Below, piece by piece: positions 18,505-28,479 of a stretch of DNA of 64,000 bases. The notes beneath the pieces are model-generated. The model did no database searches. It saw only the letters and a program-made list of their open reading frames with translations, and was not told the origin of the DNA. How positions within the stretch are numbered: the first letter of the stretch is position 1; each line of letters begins with the position of its first letter. The position numbers were made by a program, and so were the translations under genes. The stretch lies in sequence record SRR20825010_130; one strand, given 5' to 3'.

Positions 18505-20001
18505 ATGGGAATACGGTCAATACTTAGCAAACCTTTGGCAGCCTACATGGCAGCACAACAGCGTAAGTGGTCTTTGAACCCTAGCGCATCTCAGGCCAAA
18601 GTTTTTAAGCAAAACATTAAAGCCGCAAGTCAAACGGTTTTTGGTAAAGACCATAATTTTGAAAGCATCAAAACCTACGATGATTTTAAGAAAAATGTAC
18701 CCATTCGCGATTACGAAGAGCTCAAACCTTATGTAGAAAAAATTCTTCAAGGCGAGGCCGATGTACTTTGGCCGGGCAAGCCCGCCTACTTTGCGAAAAC
18801 TTCAGGCACCACTTCGGGCACCAAGTACATTCCTATTACAAAAGACTCCATTCCCAACCACATAGGCAGTGCACGAGATGCGATACTAAGCTATGTGGCT
18901 GAAACTGGTAAATCGAAATTTCTCGACAACAAGTTGATCTTCTTATCGGGTAGTCCAGAAACTTATAAAACTGCCGGAATCAATACGGGAAGACTTTCAG
19001 GAATTGTAAATCACCATGTACCAAGCTATCTGCGCAGTAACCAAATGCCGAGTTATGAAACCAATTGCATTGAAGATTGGGAACAGAAATTAGACGCCAT
19101 TATTGACGAAACGCTCGATCAACCAATGAGCTTAATCTCTGGCATTCCACCTTGGGTACAAATGTATTTCGATCGTATTCAGGCCAGGACTGGAAAGAAG
19201 ATAAAAGACATTTTCCCTGAATTCGAACTCTTTATTTATGGTGGAGTAAACTTTGAGCCTTACCGCCAAAAGTTGTTCGAAACGATAGGAAAAGAGGTGG
19301 ATAGCATTGAGTTATACCCTGCTTCCGAAGGCTTTATTGCTTATCAGGATTCTCAAAAAGAAAAGGGCTTATTGCTACTCTTAAATAGCGGGATCTTCTT
19401 CGAGTTTGTGCCTGCCGATGAATATTTCAACGAAAACCCAACCCGTCTTTCCATTGACGATGTAGAACTGGACAAAAACTACGCGCTCATTATCAATAAC
19501 AATGCGGGGCTTTGGGGTTATTCCATTGGTGATACCATAAAATTTGTGTCGAAAGATCCGTATCGCATTGTGGTGTCGGGCCGAATCAAACATTTTATCT
19601 CTGCCTTTGGCGAACATGTAATTGGCGAAGAGGTAGAAAAAGCCATGCAATATGCGGTTGGACAACAGCCAGGAACTGAATTGGTGGAGTTTACTGTCGC
19701 GCCTAACGTAGCACCACAAAGCGGTTTGCCACTGCACGAATGGTACATAGAATTTGCCAATGAACCTTCTGATTTGGAGGCCTTTGAAAAAGACCTAAAT
19801 TTGCAGCTTCGAAAACTGAATTCTTACTACGATGATTTAATTTCGGGGAGCATTCTAAAAAATCTGGAAGTAAAACCATTGTCGCGCGATGCTTTCAGAA
19901 ATTACATGAAATCGCAGGGCAAGCTAGGTGGGCAAAATAAAGTACCTCGCCTTTCAAACGACCGTAAACTTGCGGATGCACTTTTACATTATCTGAAATA
20001 G
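18505..20001 (+). CDS. GH3 family acyl-adenylate/amido synthetase-like protein
   Basis: KTSGTTSGTKYIP, YPASEG, GGQNKVPRL; ATG 18505 follows a TATCTTTG promoter motif. Confidence 0.9.
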   Translation: MGIRSILSKPLAAYMAAQQRKWSLNPSASQAKVFKQNIKAASQTVFGKDHNFESIKTYDDFKKNVPIRDYEELKPYVEKILQGEADVLWPGKPAYFAKTSGTTSGTKYIPITKDSIPNHIGSARDAILSYVAETGKSKFLDNKLIFLSGSPETYKTAGINTGRLSGIVNHHVPSYLRSNQMPSYETNCIEDWEQKLDAIIDETLDQPMSLISGIPPWVQMYFDRIQARTGKKIKDIFPEFELFIYGGVNFEPYRQKLFETIGKEVDSIELYPASEGFIAYQDSQKEKGLLLLLNSGIFFEFVPADEYFNENPTRLSIDDVELDKNYALIINNNAGLWGYSIGDTIKFVSKDPYRIVVSGRIKHFISAFGEHVIGEEVEKAMQYAVGQQPGTELVEFTVAPNVAPQSGLPLHEWYIEFANEPSDLEAFEKDLNLQLRKLNSYYDDLISGSILKNLEVKPLSRDAFRNYMKSQGKLGGQNKVPRLSNDRKLADALLHYLK

Positions 20002-20012
20002 TTAAGCAATAC

Positions 20013-21176
20013 GTGGAAGAAATTAAGAAGAAGCACATTGCCATTTTGGGCTCAACTGGCTCTATCGGCACGCAAGCCTTAGCGGTGATTCAAGCCAATC
20101 CAGACCGTTTTCAGGTGGAAGTGCTTACTGCACAAAACAACTGCGATTTACTGATTGAACAGGCCATTGCCTTCAAACCCAATGCGGTGGTCATTGGTAA
20201 TGAAACTCACTACGACAAAGTTTTTGACGCTTTAGACCGCCTTGATATAAAGGTTTACGCTGGTGAAAACGCACTGTCATCTGTCGTGCAAATGGACAGC
20301 ATTGATTTGGTGCTTACTGCTTTGGTGGGTTATGCTGGGCTGAAACCTACCATAAAAGCCATTGAAAGCGGAAAGCCAATTGCCTTGGCCAATAAAGAAA
20401 CCATGGTCGTAGCGGGTGAACTGGTGACCGCCTTGGCCGAACAACATGGGGTGAATATTTACCCCGTAGACTCTGAGCATTCGGCTATTTTCCAGTGCTT
20501 AGTGGGAGAATTTCATAACCCCATCGAAAAAATCATTCTTACTGCCTCTGGCGGCCCCTTCCGAGGAAAGGACACCAACTTCCTTAAAACGGTAACGAAA
20601 GCGCAGGCCTTAAAACATCCAAATTGGGAGATGGGCGCAAAAATCACAATTGATTCTGCTTCATTGATGAACAAAGGGCTTGAGGTAATTGAAGCCAAGT
20701 GGCTCTTCAACCTAAAGCAAGAGCAGATTGAAGTCATTGTGCATCCGCAATCCATCATTCATTCGATTGTGCAGTTTGAAGACGGTAGCATGAAAGCACA
20801 AATGGGTTTACCCGATATGAAGCTGCCGATTCAGTTTGCCATGACTTACCCAGAACGCATTAAAACAGACTTTCCAAGATTCGATTTCTTGAATTATCCT
20901 GCCCTTACTTTTGAGCAGGCCGATACCAAGACTTTCCGTAACTTGGCCCTGGCATTTGAGGCCCTTAAACAAGGCGGAAACATGTCTTGTATACTAAATG
21001 CTGCCAATGAAGTGGCGGTAGAAAAATTCCTTAAAGATGAAATCAGCTTCCTAGGAATGTCCGATGTAGTTGAAGCTTGTATGCAAAAGGTATCTTTTGT
21101 TAAAAAGCCAACGTATGAGGACTATGTCTTTACCGATGAGGAGACGAGAAAAATAGCATTTGAACACATAATTTAA
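20013..21176 (+). CDS. dxr: 1-deoxy-D-xylulose-5-phosphate reductoisomerase
   Basis: LGSTGSIGTQ, LANKE, PVDSEH, HPNWEMG. Confidence 0.97.
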   Translation: MEEIKKKHIAILGSTGSIGTQALAVIQANPDRFQVEVLTAQNNCDLLIEQAIAFKPNAVVIGNETHYDKVFDALDRLDIKVYAGENALSSVVQMDSIDLVLTALVGYAGLKPTIKAIESGKPIALANKETMVVAGELVTALAEQHGVNIYPVDSEHSAIFQCLVGEFHNPIEKIILTASGGPFRGKDTNFLKTVTKAQALKHPNWEMGAKITIDSASLMNKGLEVIEAKWLFNLKQEQIEVIVHPQSIIHSIVQFEDGSMKAQMGLPDMKLPIQFAMTYPERIKTDFPRFDFLNYPALTFEQADTKTFRNLALAFEALKQGGNMSCILNAANEVAVEKFLKDEISFLGMSDVVEACMQKVSFVKKPTYEDYVFTDEETRKIAFEHII

Positions 21177-21179
21177 TTA

Positions 21180-22487
21180 ATGGAAACTATAGTACAGATT
21201 GCTCAGCTATTGCTGGCCCTATCAATTCTGGTAGGAATTCACGAAGCAGGCCACATGCTTGCCGCTCGTTTCTTTGGAATGAAAGTGGAGAAATTCTTCA
21301 TTGGTTTTCCTCCCACAATATTCAGTTTCAAAAAAGGAGATACAGAATACGGTTTAGGTGCTATTCCTCTTGGTGGCTTTGTTAAAATATCTGGGATGAT
21401 TGATGAATCCATGGATAAGGAGCAAATGAAACAAGAGCCTCAGCCTTGGGAATTTCGTTCTAAACCAGCTTGGCAACGTTTAATCGTTATGTTGGGCGGA
21501 ATTATCGTCAATGTAATTGCTGGTATTATTGCCTTTGTCATTCTTACCTACAACCAAGGTGAAGCTTATATTCCGGCCAAATTCACAAAGGATTACGGTG
21601 TGGTGGCTGGAGAAATTGCTCAAGAAGTTGGTTTCCAAACGGGTGATAAGGTCATCAAGGTCAACGGTGCCGATTATGACCGTTTTGGTGACATCGCCAG
21701 CGGAACAACTTTGCTCACCACCGATGGCTACTGGACCGTTGACCGTAACGGACAGCAACTTGATATTCCAATTCCAAAAGGCTTTTTGAACAACTTGAGT
21801 GATGAAGACTTCCAGTTGAAATTCTTAGAGCCAAGGCAGCCCTCAATAGTAGGTGGCCTTCAAAAAGGCTTTGATATTCCATTACAGGAAGGCGACAGAA
21901 TTTTAAAAGCCAATGGCGTTGAAGTTCAGTATTTTGACCAATTGAGGTCGGAAATGGAAAACTATGCGGGTCAAAATGTTGCCTTTTTAATCGAGAGAAA
22001 TGGTCAAGAAATGACGCTAAACCTTGATGTTAATGAGGAGACTCAAATAGGCATTGCATTGTCATCTCCTTTCGAAATAGACGAATACACTTTGGCCGAA
22101 GCCATTCCAAGAGGCACCTCTAAAGCATTTAGTGCCGTAATTCTTAATGCCAAGGCCATGGGCAAAATGTTCAAGTTCAATGGCGAAATGTCTGCTAGAA
22201 ATATGAGTGGCCCAATTGGTATCGTAAACATGTTCCCTAAAACTTGGGACTGGAATGCTTTCTGGGGAATCACAGGCTTTATTTCTATGGTATTGGCCTT
22301 TATGAACTTATTGCCAATTCCTGCATTGGATGGTGGACATGTAATGTTCCTACTTTTCGAAATGGTATCGGGTAAAGCACCTTCAGACAGGTTCCTTGAA
22401 AATGCCCAAAAAGTGGGAATGATCATTCTTCTTTTACTGATGGTATTTGTATTTGGAAATGATATTCTGAAGCTTTTCGGAATTTAA
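21180..22487 (+). CDS. rseP: RIP metalloprotease RseP
   Basis: HEAGH, NLLPIPALDGGH, PDZ region; follows dxr. Confidence 0.95.
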   Translation: METIVQIAQLLLALSILVGIHEAGHMLAARFFGMKVEKFFIGFPPTIFSFKKGDTEYGLGAIPLGGFVKISGMIDESMDKEQMKQEPQPWEFRSKPAWQRLIVMLGGIIVNVIAGIIAFVILTYNQGEAYIPAKFTKDYGVVAGEIAQEVGFQTGDKVIKVNGADYDRFGDIASGTTLLTTDGYWTVDRNGQQLDIPIPKGFLNNLSDEDFQLKFLEPRQPSIVGGLQKGFDIPLQEGDRILKANGVEVQYFDQLRSEMENYAGQNVAFLIERNGQEMTLNLDVNEETQIGIALSSPFEIDEYTLAEAIPRGTSKAFSAVILNAKAMGKMFKFNGEMSARNMSGPIGIVNMFPKTWDWNAFWGITGFISMVLAFMNLLPIPALDGGHVMFLLFEMVSGKAPSDRFLENAQKVGMIILLLLMVFVFGNDILKLFGI

Positions 22488-22509
22488 ACGGACCCAAAAT
22501 TTTAATAAA

Positions 22510-22539
22510 GAAGGTGCCTCAAAAGGGCACCTTTTTTTG
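22510..22539 (+). terminator. Intrinsic terminator after rseP
   Basis: aaggtgcct-caaa-agggcacc-ttttttt. Confidence 0.8.
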
Positions 22540-22735
22540 TGTCCATTTTTGGCAAAACCTGTTCAGATACAAAATGGATCAAGTCTAATTTAGATGAAGC
22601 AACGGTTAATCAAGAGAATATAAAAAGAGATATACATACAGTATTTTATATGTAAACATCATATAAATCAATATATTCACGGATGTCTGTCACATTTTTG
22701 ACTAAAGCATATGCTTAAGTGGTATTTACTACATT

Positions 22736-23731
22736 ATGGAATCACTTTTTACAAGAACTTATCGGTATCGGCAAAGAGAAAACAAGAATGAACTTGAAAA
22801 TTTCTGTACAGAAATACTTGCATTCAGTCTTGAAAATGACATCGAGTTCAAAGCCAACTTCCTTGAACTTCTCGGGATGAAATCCAATGAAGACATTCGT
22901 ATATCAACTCAACAATCATATGAGAACATCGGACGCCCCGATATAGAAATTACTGGCAGCAATATTCATGTAATTATTGAATGTAAAGTTAATGCGGAAG
23001 AACGAGAGAACCAGCTTAATGATTACTTAAGAATTTTTCAAACAAAGAAAAATCGTAAGAGACACCTTGTTTACCTAACGAAATTTTATCAACACAAATT
23101 TGTAAATGGAAAAGGAATAGAGTTTTCGAATATTACCTGGGTTGATATTAATTCATTGGCTCAAAAATCTAAGAATCCAATCATAAAAGAGTTTTCAGTA
23201 TTCCTAAACGAAAAGAACATAGCCATGGAAAAGAACTTTAAAAATATCGACCTACTAAGTTTAGAAAACATCTCGAATACAATTTCTAAGATGGACGAAG
23301 TTCTTGATTCTGTCAAGGAACATTTTTCTAAATCTTTTGGCAATCCATCTAAGGACTCATCAAGAAGTACACAACTTAAGTTGAACGCCTATTATAATTA
23401 TAAGCATATCGGCACACCATACAAGTACACTATAGATATTGGATTTCAATGGTGGTTTGGAGACAACATAACCTACCTAGCCCTCAGAATTTACATTCCT
23501 TTGAATCTTTCTACCACAGACCAACTAACCAAGTTTTTCAAAACTGAGCTAATTCCATTAGATTGGGAATTTGAAGAAGAGGAAAGTGGAAATATCATAG
23601 GGAAATACTTGAATGTAAACGAAATTACTGCTACAAGTGAAGAGCAAATTCCTGAAATGATAAAATTCTTAACTGGCAGAATTAACGAACTTTCAAATCT
23701 AATGAGCAAAAACTCCAAGTATTTTAAATAA
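22736..23731 (+). CDS. PD-(D/E)XK nuclease family protein
   Basis: GRPDIEI..IIECKV..QLNDY, HLVYLT, ITWVDI pattern. Confidence 0.75.
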   Translation: MESLFTRTYRYRQRENKNELENFCTEILAFSLENDIEFKANFLELLGMKSNEDIRISTQQSYENIGRPDIEITGSNIHVIIECKVNAEERENQLNDYLRIFQTKKNRKRHLVYLTKFYQHKFVNGKGIEFSNITWVDINSLAQKSKNPIIKEFSVFLNEKNIAMEKNFKNIDLLSLENISNTISKMDEVLDSVKEHFSKSFGNPSKDSSRSTQLKLNAYYNYKHIGTPYKYTIDIGFQWWFGDNITYLALRIYIPLNLSTTDQLTKFFKTELIPLDWEFEEEESGNIIGKYLNVNEITATSEEQIPEMIKFLTGRINELSNLMSKNSKYFK

Positions 23732-23733
23732 CC

Positions 23734-23882
23734 ATATAATAAATATATGAATGAATGGGGTTTCATCGGTCCAGTTATACTAGTTGGGTTAGAAATTTAG
23801 CTTTTAAAATAATGGAATGGCTACCACCGGTTGGAAAGGCTAATGCACACTAACCTACATTCATTTTAGCAACACGCTGGAT
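23734..23882 (+). repeat. Degenerate attC-like site
   Basis: ATATAAT after the stop, arms aatgaatggggtt / aacctacattcatt, ending acac-GCTGGAT 10 nt before the next ATG. Confidence 0.4.
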
Positions 23883-23892
23883 ATAAAAAAAA

Positions 23893-25182
23893 ATGATCAC
23901 AGTTGAATATTTATTACCGTTTGATACCCAAGATGGGGTTTGTAAAGATGTAAAATCTTTTAAATCATTATTAGGGTCTAACTCTAATTTCAAATTCAAG
24001 TCGGACAAGATTTTTTTTAAGAGCTCTTCCTACAGTTTTTCGGTGGAACAAACTGATGTCGTTGCCCAAAGTTGTTCAGTTTTCCATGTGACATTTGGTG
24101 TTAGCAGAACAACTGATAAATTTCGGGAAATGCTAAAGTCATTCAGAAAGACTGTTGGCTTGCACTTGCAAGATCGTATTCAGATTGTTTGGGATGGTGT
24201 TTCGTTCGAGTGGGCAAAAGAACTCTATCCAAAACTTTATCAAATCGAAAATTCGATGCGAAAGTTAATTAGCAAATTCATGCTGACTAAGCTTGGAATT
24301 GGTTGGCACAAATCAGCAATTCCAAAAGATGTCAAAGAGTCAATTAAGGACTCAAGTTATAAGCCAACCCATAGTATTCTTTATGAAGTGGATTTTATTC
24401 AGCTGGCAAATTTTCTATTCAAAGAGTATTCATTGAAAGATTCGTCAAAACTTCCATCAGTCCTGAATAGGATTGTCGAGAATGGTTTTGATGAAGATAA
24501 GAAGGAGGAAATATTAGAATATATACCCAAAAATAATTGGGATAGGTACTTCTCAGATCTAGTAAACCTTGAATCAGATCAACTAAGTAAAAAATGGGAA
24601 CTTCTTTACGATATTCGTATTAAGGTGGCCCACAATAAATCTATGACGCTGGAGCACTATGAAAAGGCGAAGGAATTGTGTTCTGAATTGGATGAAATTT
24701 TAAATGATACCCTTAAGCAGATAGATTCAATTGAAATTCCAGATAGTGAGAAGGAAAGTGTTTCACTAAAAACAATTGGAACGATTAACGAACCAACAAG
24801 GTATTTTGTGAACGAATATTTAGATTTAAATCAAGATTTAACTACTCGGCTCAACTTAATTTCAGATCAATATCCATTTTTAAAGGATCTTGAAAACCCT
24901 ATTTCCCTTTTTGCCAGTCAACCTGACTATCTCAACCTTGAATCAAGTCCAGAATTATTCAGCAATCTTTATACGATCGACTCATTTAAAAACAAAATAA
25001 TTAATGGAGACTCCTACTTGAACATATATGACTCATTAGACTCTGATATTTTCAAAACTACTCTAGACAGCTTTAATACCGCCTTTGACTTAGGGGACAT
25101 TTATTTAGGTAAAATAAATGAAGAAATAAATTTAACCCCAGATGGAGATATCTATTTATCTGATGAAAACGACATCTCATGA
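23893..25182 (+). CDS. HEPN domain protein (candidate RNase)
   Basis: IENSMRKLI and RIKVAHN (Rx4H) motifs. Confidence 0.75.
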   Translation: MITVEYLLPFDTQDGVCKDVKSFKSLLGSNSNFKFKSDKIFFKSSSYSFSVEQTDVVAQSCSVFHVTFGVSRTTDKFREMLKSFRKTVGLHLQDRIQIVWDGVSFEWAKELYPKLYQIENSMRKLISKFMLTKLGIGWHKSAIPKDVKESIKDSSYKPTHSILYEVDFIQLANFLFKEYSLKDSSKLPSVLNRIVENGFDEDKKEEILEYIPKNNWDRYFSDLVNLESDQLSKKWELLYDIRIKVAHNKSMTLEHYEKAKELCSELDEILNDTLKQIDSIEIPDSEKESVSLKTIGTINEPTRYFVNEYLDLNQDLTTRLNLISDQYPFLKDLENPISLFASQPDYLNLESSPELFSNLYTIDSFKNKIINGDSYLNIYDSLDSDIFKTTLDSFNTAFDLGDIYLGKINEEINLTPDGDIYLSDENDIS

Positions 25183-25291
25183 ACACTAAAAATGGATATG
25201 CGAACTAAACTAGATGAAATGAGAACTCAGAAGAGAAACCGTAGAGCTTTTAGGAACGAGGGAGTATACTCATTTTAATTGGACGTTAGAT
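25174..25291 (+). repeat. Partly degenerate attC-like site
   Basis: ATCTCAT-gaacactaaaaatg ... cattttaattggac-GTTAGAT; same aacact / ttggacGTT frame and near-identical length (118 vs 117 bp) as site 5613-5729. Confidence 0.65.
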
Positions 25292-25301
25292 ACCATTCAA
25301 A

Positions 25302-25970
25302 ATGAAAGCCAAAATCACGATAGCAAGAAATTCCGAGAAGATTCCAAAACATATCTCGGAAGTAGAGAATGGGATCAAATGCCATTGCACGTGCATTAGC
25401 TGTGGAGAGCCTCTAGTAGCAGCAAACAATGGGCATATTCAAGAACACCATTTTAGGCATCAATCTGAAACAAAATGTGACGGGTCTCCTGAATCCGCTT
25501 TACATCTTCTTGCAAAACGGATTATTGCAGAATCAACCAAAATCATAATTGACCGAGATAATCATTTTGAATATCAATCCACAAAAACAGAGGAACCAAT
25601 TGATGACATTAGACCCGACATTCAGATTATAGGTGAAAATGAAAAGTCATGGCTTATCGAAATTGTTGTAACACATTTCATCGATGAAATAAAACTTAAA
25701 AAAATAACATCTAAAAATCTAAACTGTCTTGAAATTGATCTGCAGGATGTTGACAGGCATATCAATCTTAACGATTTGAAAGACATTGTGATTAAAGAAT
25801 TGGATGTTAGAAAAGTCAAATCTAGAACTCAAGAACAGAACCTATTCGACTCACCAAAAAGTCAAACCAATCCATGTGTTTCGTATATTATTGGGGGAAT
25901 TCTTGTTTTCGTTTTCGGAAAAAAATTAATAAAAATGTTAACTAAGAAAACTAAACCTTTCAATTCCTGA
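25302..25970 (+). CDS. CoiA-like protein: Zn-binding N-terminus, PD-(D/E)XK nuclease, C-terminal hydrophobic helix
   Basis: CTCISCGEPL..HHFRH..C..ESALHLLAK, RPDI..IEIVVTH. Confidence 0.7.
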   Translation: MKAKITIARNSEKIPKHISEVENGIKCHCTCISCGEPLVAANNGHIQEHHFRHQSETKCDGSPESALHLLAKRIIAESTKIIIDRDNHFEYQSTKTEEPIDDIRPDIQIIGENEKSWLIEIVVTHFIDEIKLKKITSKNLNCLEIDLQDVDRHINLNDLKDIVIKELDVRKVKSRTQEQNLFDSPKSQTNPCVSYIIGGILVFVFGKKLIKMLTKKTKPFNS

Positions 25971-25977
25971 AAATAGC

Positions 25978-26016
25978 CCCACTCACCCTCAATTGCATCG
26001 AGGGTGCCGATAAAGT
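25978..26016. repeat. REP-like hairpin, copy A
   Basis: caccctcaat-tgc-atcgagggtg; homologous to copies at 28101 and 28477. Confidence 0.65.
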
Positions 26017-26070
26017 TGAGAAAACTGAGGACGGGTAAAGAAAAATTAACTAAGCGCAGCAAACACCAAA

Positions 26071-26760
26071 ATGAATATATACGGGACTACTGAGTTATCT
26101 TATCAGATAGAGCAATTAATAAAGGAGGAATCGGAGTTTATAATTTTTGTGTCTCCGTATTTAAAATTGACTCAACGACTAAAGGCTAAGATGAGTTCTG
26201 CCTTTGACAATATCGATCAGGTGATATTTTTATATCGTGAGAACAAACTGAATAGAACAGAGCAGGAATGGTTAGAAAAGCAACCAAAAATTGAGTTAAT
26301 CCCCATTGAAAACCTTCATGCAAAAATATATCTGAATCAACACAGATGCCTGGTAGCTTCAATGAACCTATATGAATACTCTCAGGTAAACAATCATGAA
26401 ATTGGAGTTGAGATAATAGAGAATGACAACCCAGATGAGTTTTTAAAAGTGCTCGAAGAAATCAATCTGATGCTATCTTCACAGAACTCTAAATTTGATT
26501 TTCAAAAAATTCTAGACTCCTATTTTAACTATTCTGTTGGCTCATTTTTCTACCACGCAACGCGAAAATTTGATTTGTATGGGATAAGGAAAGATGATGA
26601 ATACTTTATCAACTTCTGTAATTGGGCCAGACAAGTCGTTATTTTTAAATCACACGAACTCTATCAAGATAAAACAGCAATTCTAAGATCAACTAATTTA
26701 GGAAAGGAACGCTTTGAAATATTAAAAAGCGCAATCAGCAAAGAAGCATTAACCACCTAA
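26071..26760 (+). CDS. Phospholipase D superfamily (single HKD-type) nuclease-like protein
   Basis: VSPYL, LHAKIY, SMNL, NHEIG motifs. Confidence 0.8.
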   Translation: MNIYGTTELSYQIEQLIKEESEFIIFVSPYLKLTQRLKAKMSSAFDNIDQVIFLYRENKLNRTEQEWLEKQPKIELIPIENLHAKIYLNQHRCLVASMNLYEYSQVNNHEIGVEIIENDNPDEFLKVLEEINLMLSSQNSKFDFQKILDSYFNYSVGSFFYHATRKFDLYGIRKDDEYFINFCNWARQVVIFKSHELYQDKTAILRSTNLGKERFEILKSAISKEALTT

Positions 26761-26829
26761 AATAGCTCAGCCAAAAAAAGAGCTTTACCAACTTTGAGAA
26801 CATCTAAAGCAGTCTTTAAATAAAAGAAG

Positions 26830-27036
26830 ATGAAAAAATACGAATACAAATTATTGACCATAAGTGCGTTTCACTTAAGAAAGAATTCGTTTCAAGTTGA
26901 ATTGGAGGAAAAGTTTAAAGGCTGGGGCGATGAAGGGTGGGACTTAGTGAAAATGGAACCTGTGAATGGAGGAAGCTGGATTCACTGGGGAAGAACTAGC
27001 AAGTTTCTGGTGGTTTTCAAAAGAGAAAAGGTGTGA
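26830..27036 (+). CDS. DUF4177-like small protein
   Basis: MKKYEYK..WGDEGWDLV..VFKRE pattern. Confidence 0.75.
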   Translation: MKKYEYKLLTISAFHLRKNSFQVELEEKFKGWGDEGWDLVKMEPVNGGSWIHWGRTSKFLVVFKREKV

Positions 27037-27169
27037 ATTCTAGCGTTTTTAGGGCTTTCAACCCGCATTCGTCATAATTAGATATCTGTCAACAACTAAA
27101 CCATCTATTAAGTCGTTTTCATTATACGCCTAATATGTTTATATTTGTACGTACAATAAAGAGATTGCT

Positions 27170-27427
27170 ATGGATACAAAATTGACTTTAAAGCTTGACA
27201 AACAAGTGATTGACAAAGCAAAGGCATATGCTTCATCTCAAAAGAGAAGTCTTTCTCGCCTGATTGAATCCTACTTAAAAACATTAATTGATAAGGAAGA
27301 CGCCTCTTCACAAGACAATATTAAGATATCTCCCTTTGTGAAAAGCATGCAAACAGGAGTTAAAATACCTGCCGATTTAGATTATAAAAAAGACTACGGT
27401 GACCACCTCGCAGAGAAGTACAAATGA
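27170..27427 (+). CDS. RHH-type antitoxin (DUF6364-like)
   Basis: MDTKLTLKLDKQVIDKAKAYA..SLSRLIESYL; TATATTTG promoter upstream; overlaps the PIN gene. Confidence 0.8.
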   Translation: MDTKLTLKLDKQVIDKAKAYASSQKRSLSRLIESYLKTLIDKEDASSQDNIKISPFVKSMQTGVKIPADLDYKKDYGDHLAEKYK

Positions 27428-27849
27428 AAGACAGACTATTTCTAGACACCAATATCGTAATTGATTTATTGGGCGAACGCGCATCTTTATACGAATCTGC
27501 GGCAAAAATTGCAACACTTGCAGACAAAGGGAAAGTACAGATTATCGTCTCCGCTTTGACCTATTCCACAGTCTATTACATTCTCTCCAGGTATGAGAAG
27601 AATGAAGTTGTAAAAGAGAAAATGAGGAAACTCAAAGTAATTGCCGAAACTTCAGATTTAACGGACAAAATTATTGACCAAGGTCTTTCGTCAAAATTTG
27701 AAGATTTTGAAGATGCTTTACAATACTACTGCGCAATAAAAACCGAGTGTAATTTACTCATTACCCGAAATGGGAAAGATTTTAAAGCTTCAGAAATACC
27801 CGTTTTGACTCCAGATGAATATTTGAACAGTAGAAAAATAAGACCTTAG
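27424..27849 (+). CDS. PIN domain (VapC-like) toxin
   Basis: LFLDTNIVID, DFEDALQY, ITRNGKDF. Confidence 0.9.
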   Translation: MKDRLFLDTNIVIDLLGERASLYESAAKIATLADKGKVQIIVSALTYSTVYYILSRYEKNEVVKEKMRKLKVIAETSDLTDKIIDQGLSSKFEDFEDALQYYCAIKTECNLLITRNGKDFKASEIPVLTPDEYLNSRKIRP

Positions 27850-27852
27850 AAA

Positions 27853-28086
27853 ATGAATTTAGAAGCTCGAAAAATAGACGTTGTGCAGGATTCTTTAAGC
27901 AAGGAGGAGATTTCTCAACACGAAAAAACATTGAAAAAGGAGAAGAACTCTCCTGGCAAGAGAGGATTTGAACCGATGACTCAAGATGAATTGAAAAAAC
28001 GGGTTGACCAATCAGAATCTGATTTTCAAAACAATCGATTTAAAAGCAGTTCAGATCTTTTAGCCAGATATAAATGCAAATTTTAA
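27853..28086 (+). CDS. Small antitoxin-like (addiction module component) protein, possibly degenerate
   Basis: MNLEARKI..PMTQDELKKRVDQSESDF; no intact partner toxin downstream. Confidence 0.5.
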   Translation: MNLEARKIDVVQDSLSKEEISQHEKTLKKEKNSPGKRGFEPMTQDELKKRVDQSESDFQNNRFKSSSDLLARYKCKF

Positions 28087-28100
28087 GTCTGGAAGGCCCT

Positions 28101-28162
28101 AACTCCCCTCATCCTCGACTGCATCGAAGGTGGCCAATAAAGTCAGCTGAAACCGACAACTT
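28101..28162. repeat. REP-like hairpin, copy B
   Basis: aactcccctcatcctcgactgcatcgaaggtggccaataaagtcagctgaaaccgac; similar to copy C over about 60 bp. Confidence 0.7.
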
Positions 28163-28239
28163 AACCAATTGCATTGTACAGGCTAATCTCAAATAGTTTT
28201 GTTTAAGTTTGGTAAGGGGAGTTACAAATTAGAATTAGT

Positions 28240-28479
28240 ATGAACAGTGAAATACTGATATACCAAAACCAAGACGGCAACATCAAAATAGATGTTCGAT
28301 TAGAGAATGAAACCGTTTGGCTCACGCAAGAGCAAATGGCCTTGTTGTTTGGTAAAGCTAAGTCTACCATCAACGAGCATTTTCAAAATATCTATCAAGA
28401 AGGCTAACTTGAAAAAGAAGGTAATTTACAGAAATTCGGAAATTCCGAATTTCAGCAAAAAGCCCCCTATTACTACAAC
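28240..28479 (+). pseudogene. RhuM-family DNA-binding protein, 5' fragment with internal stop
   Basis: Translates MNSEILIYQNQDGNIKIDVRLENETVWLTQEQMALLFGKAKSTINEHFQNIYQEG*LEKEG..KAPYYYN, then breaks off at repeat copy C. Confidence 0.8.

Noticed and set aside
25971-27169. Further attC sites around the PLD and DUF4177 genes
   Set aside because: No convincing AAC/GTT core pair or long hairpin found
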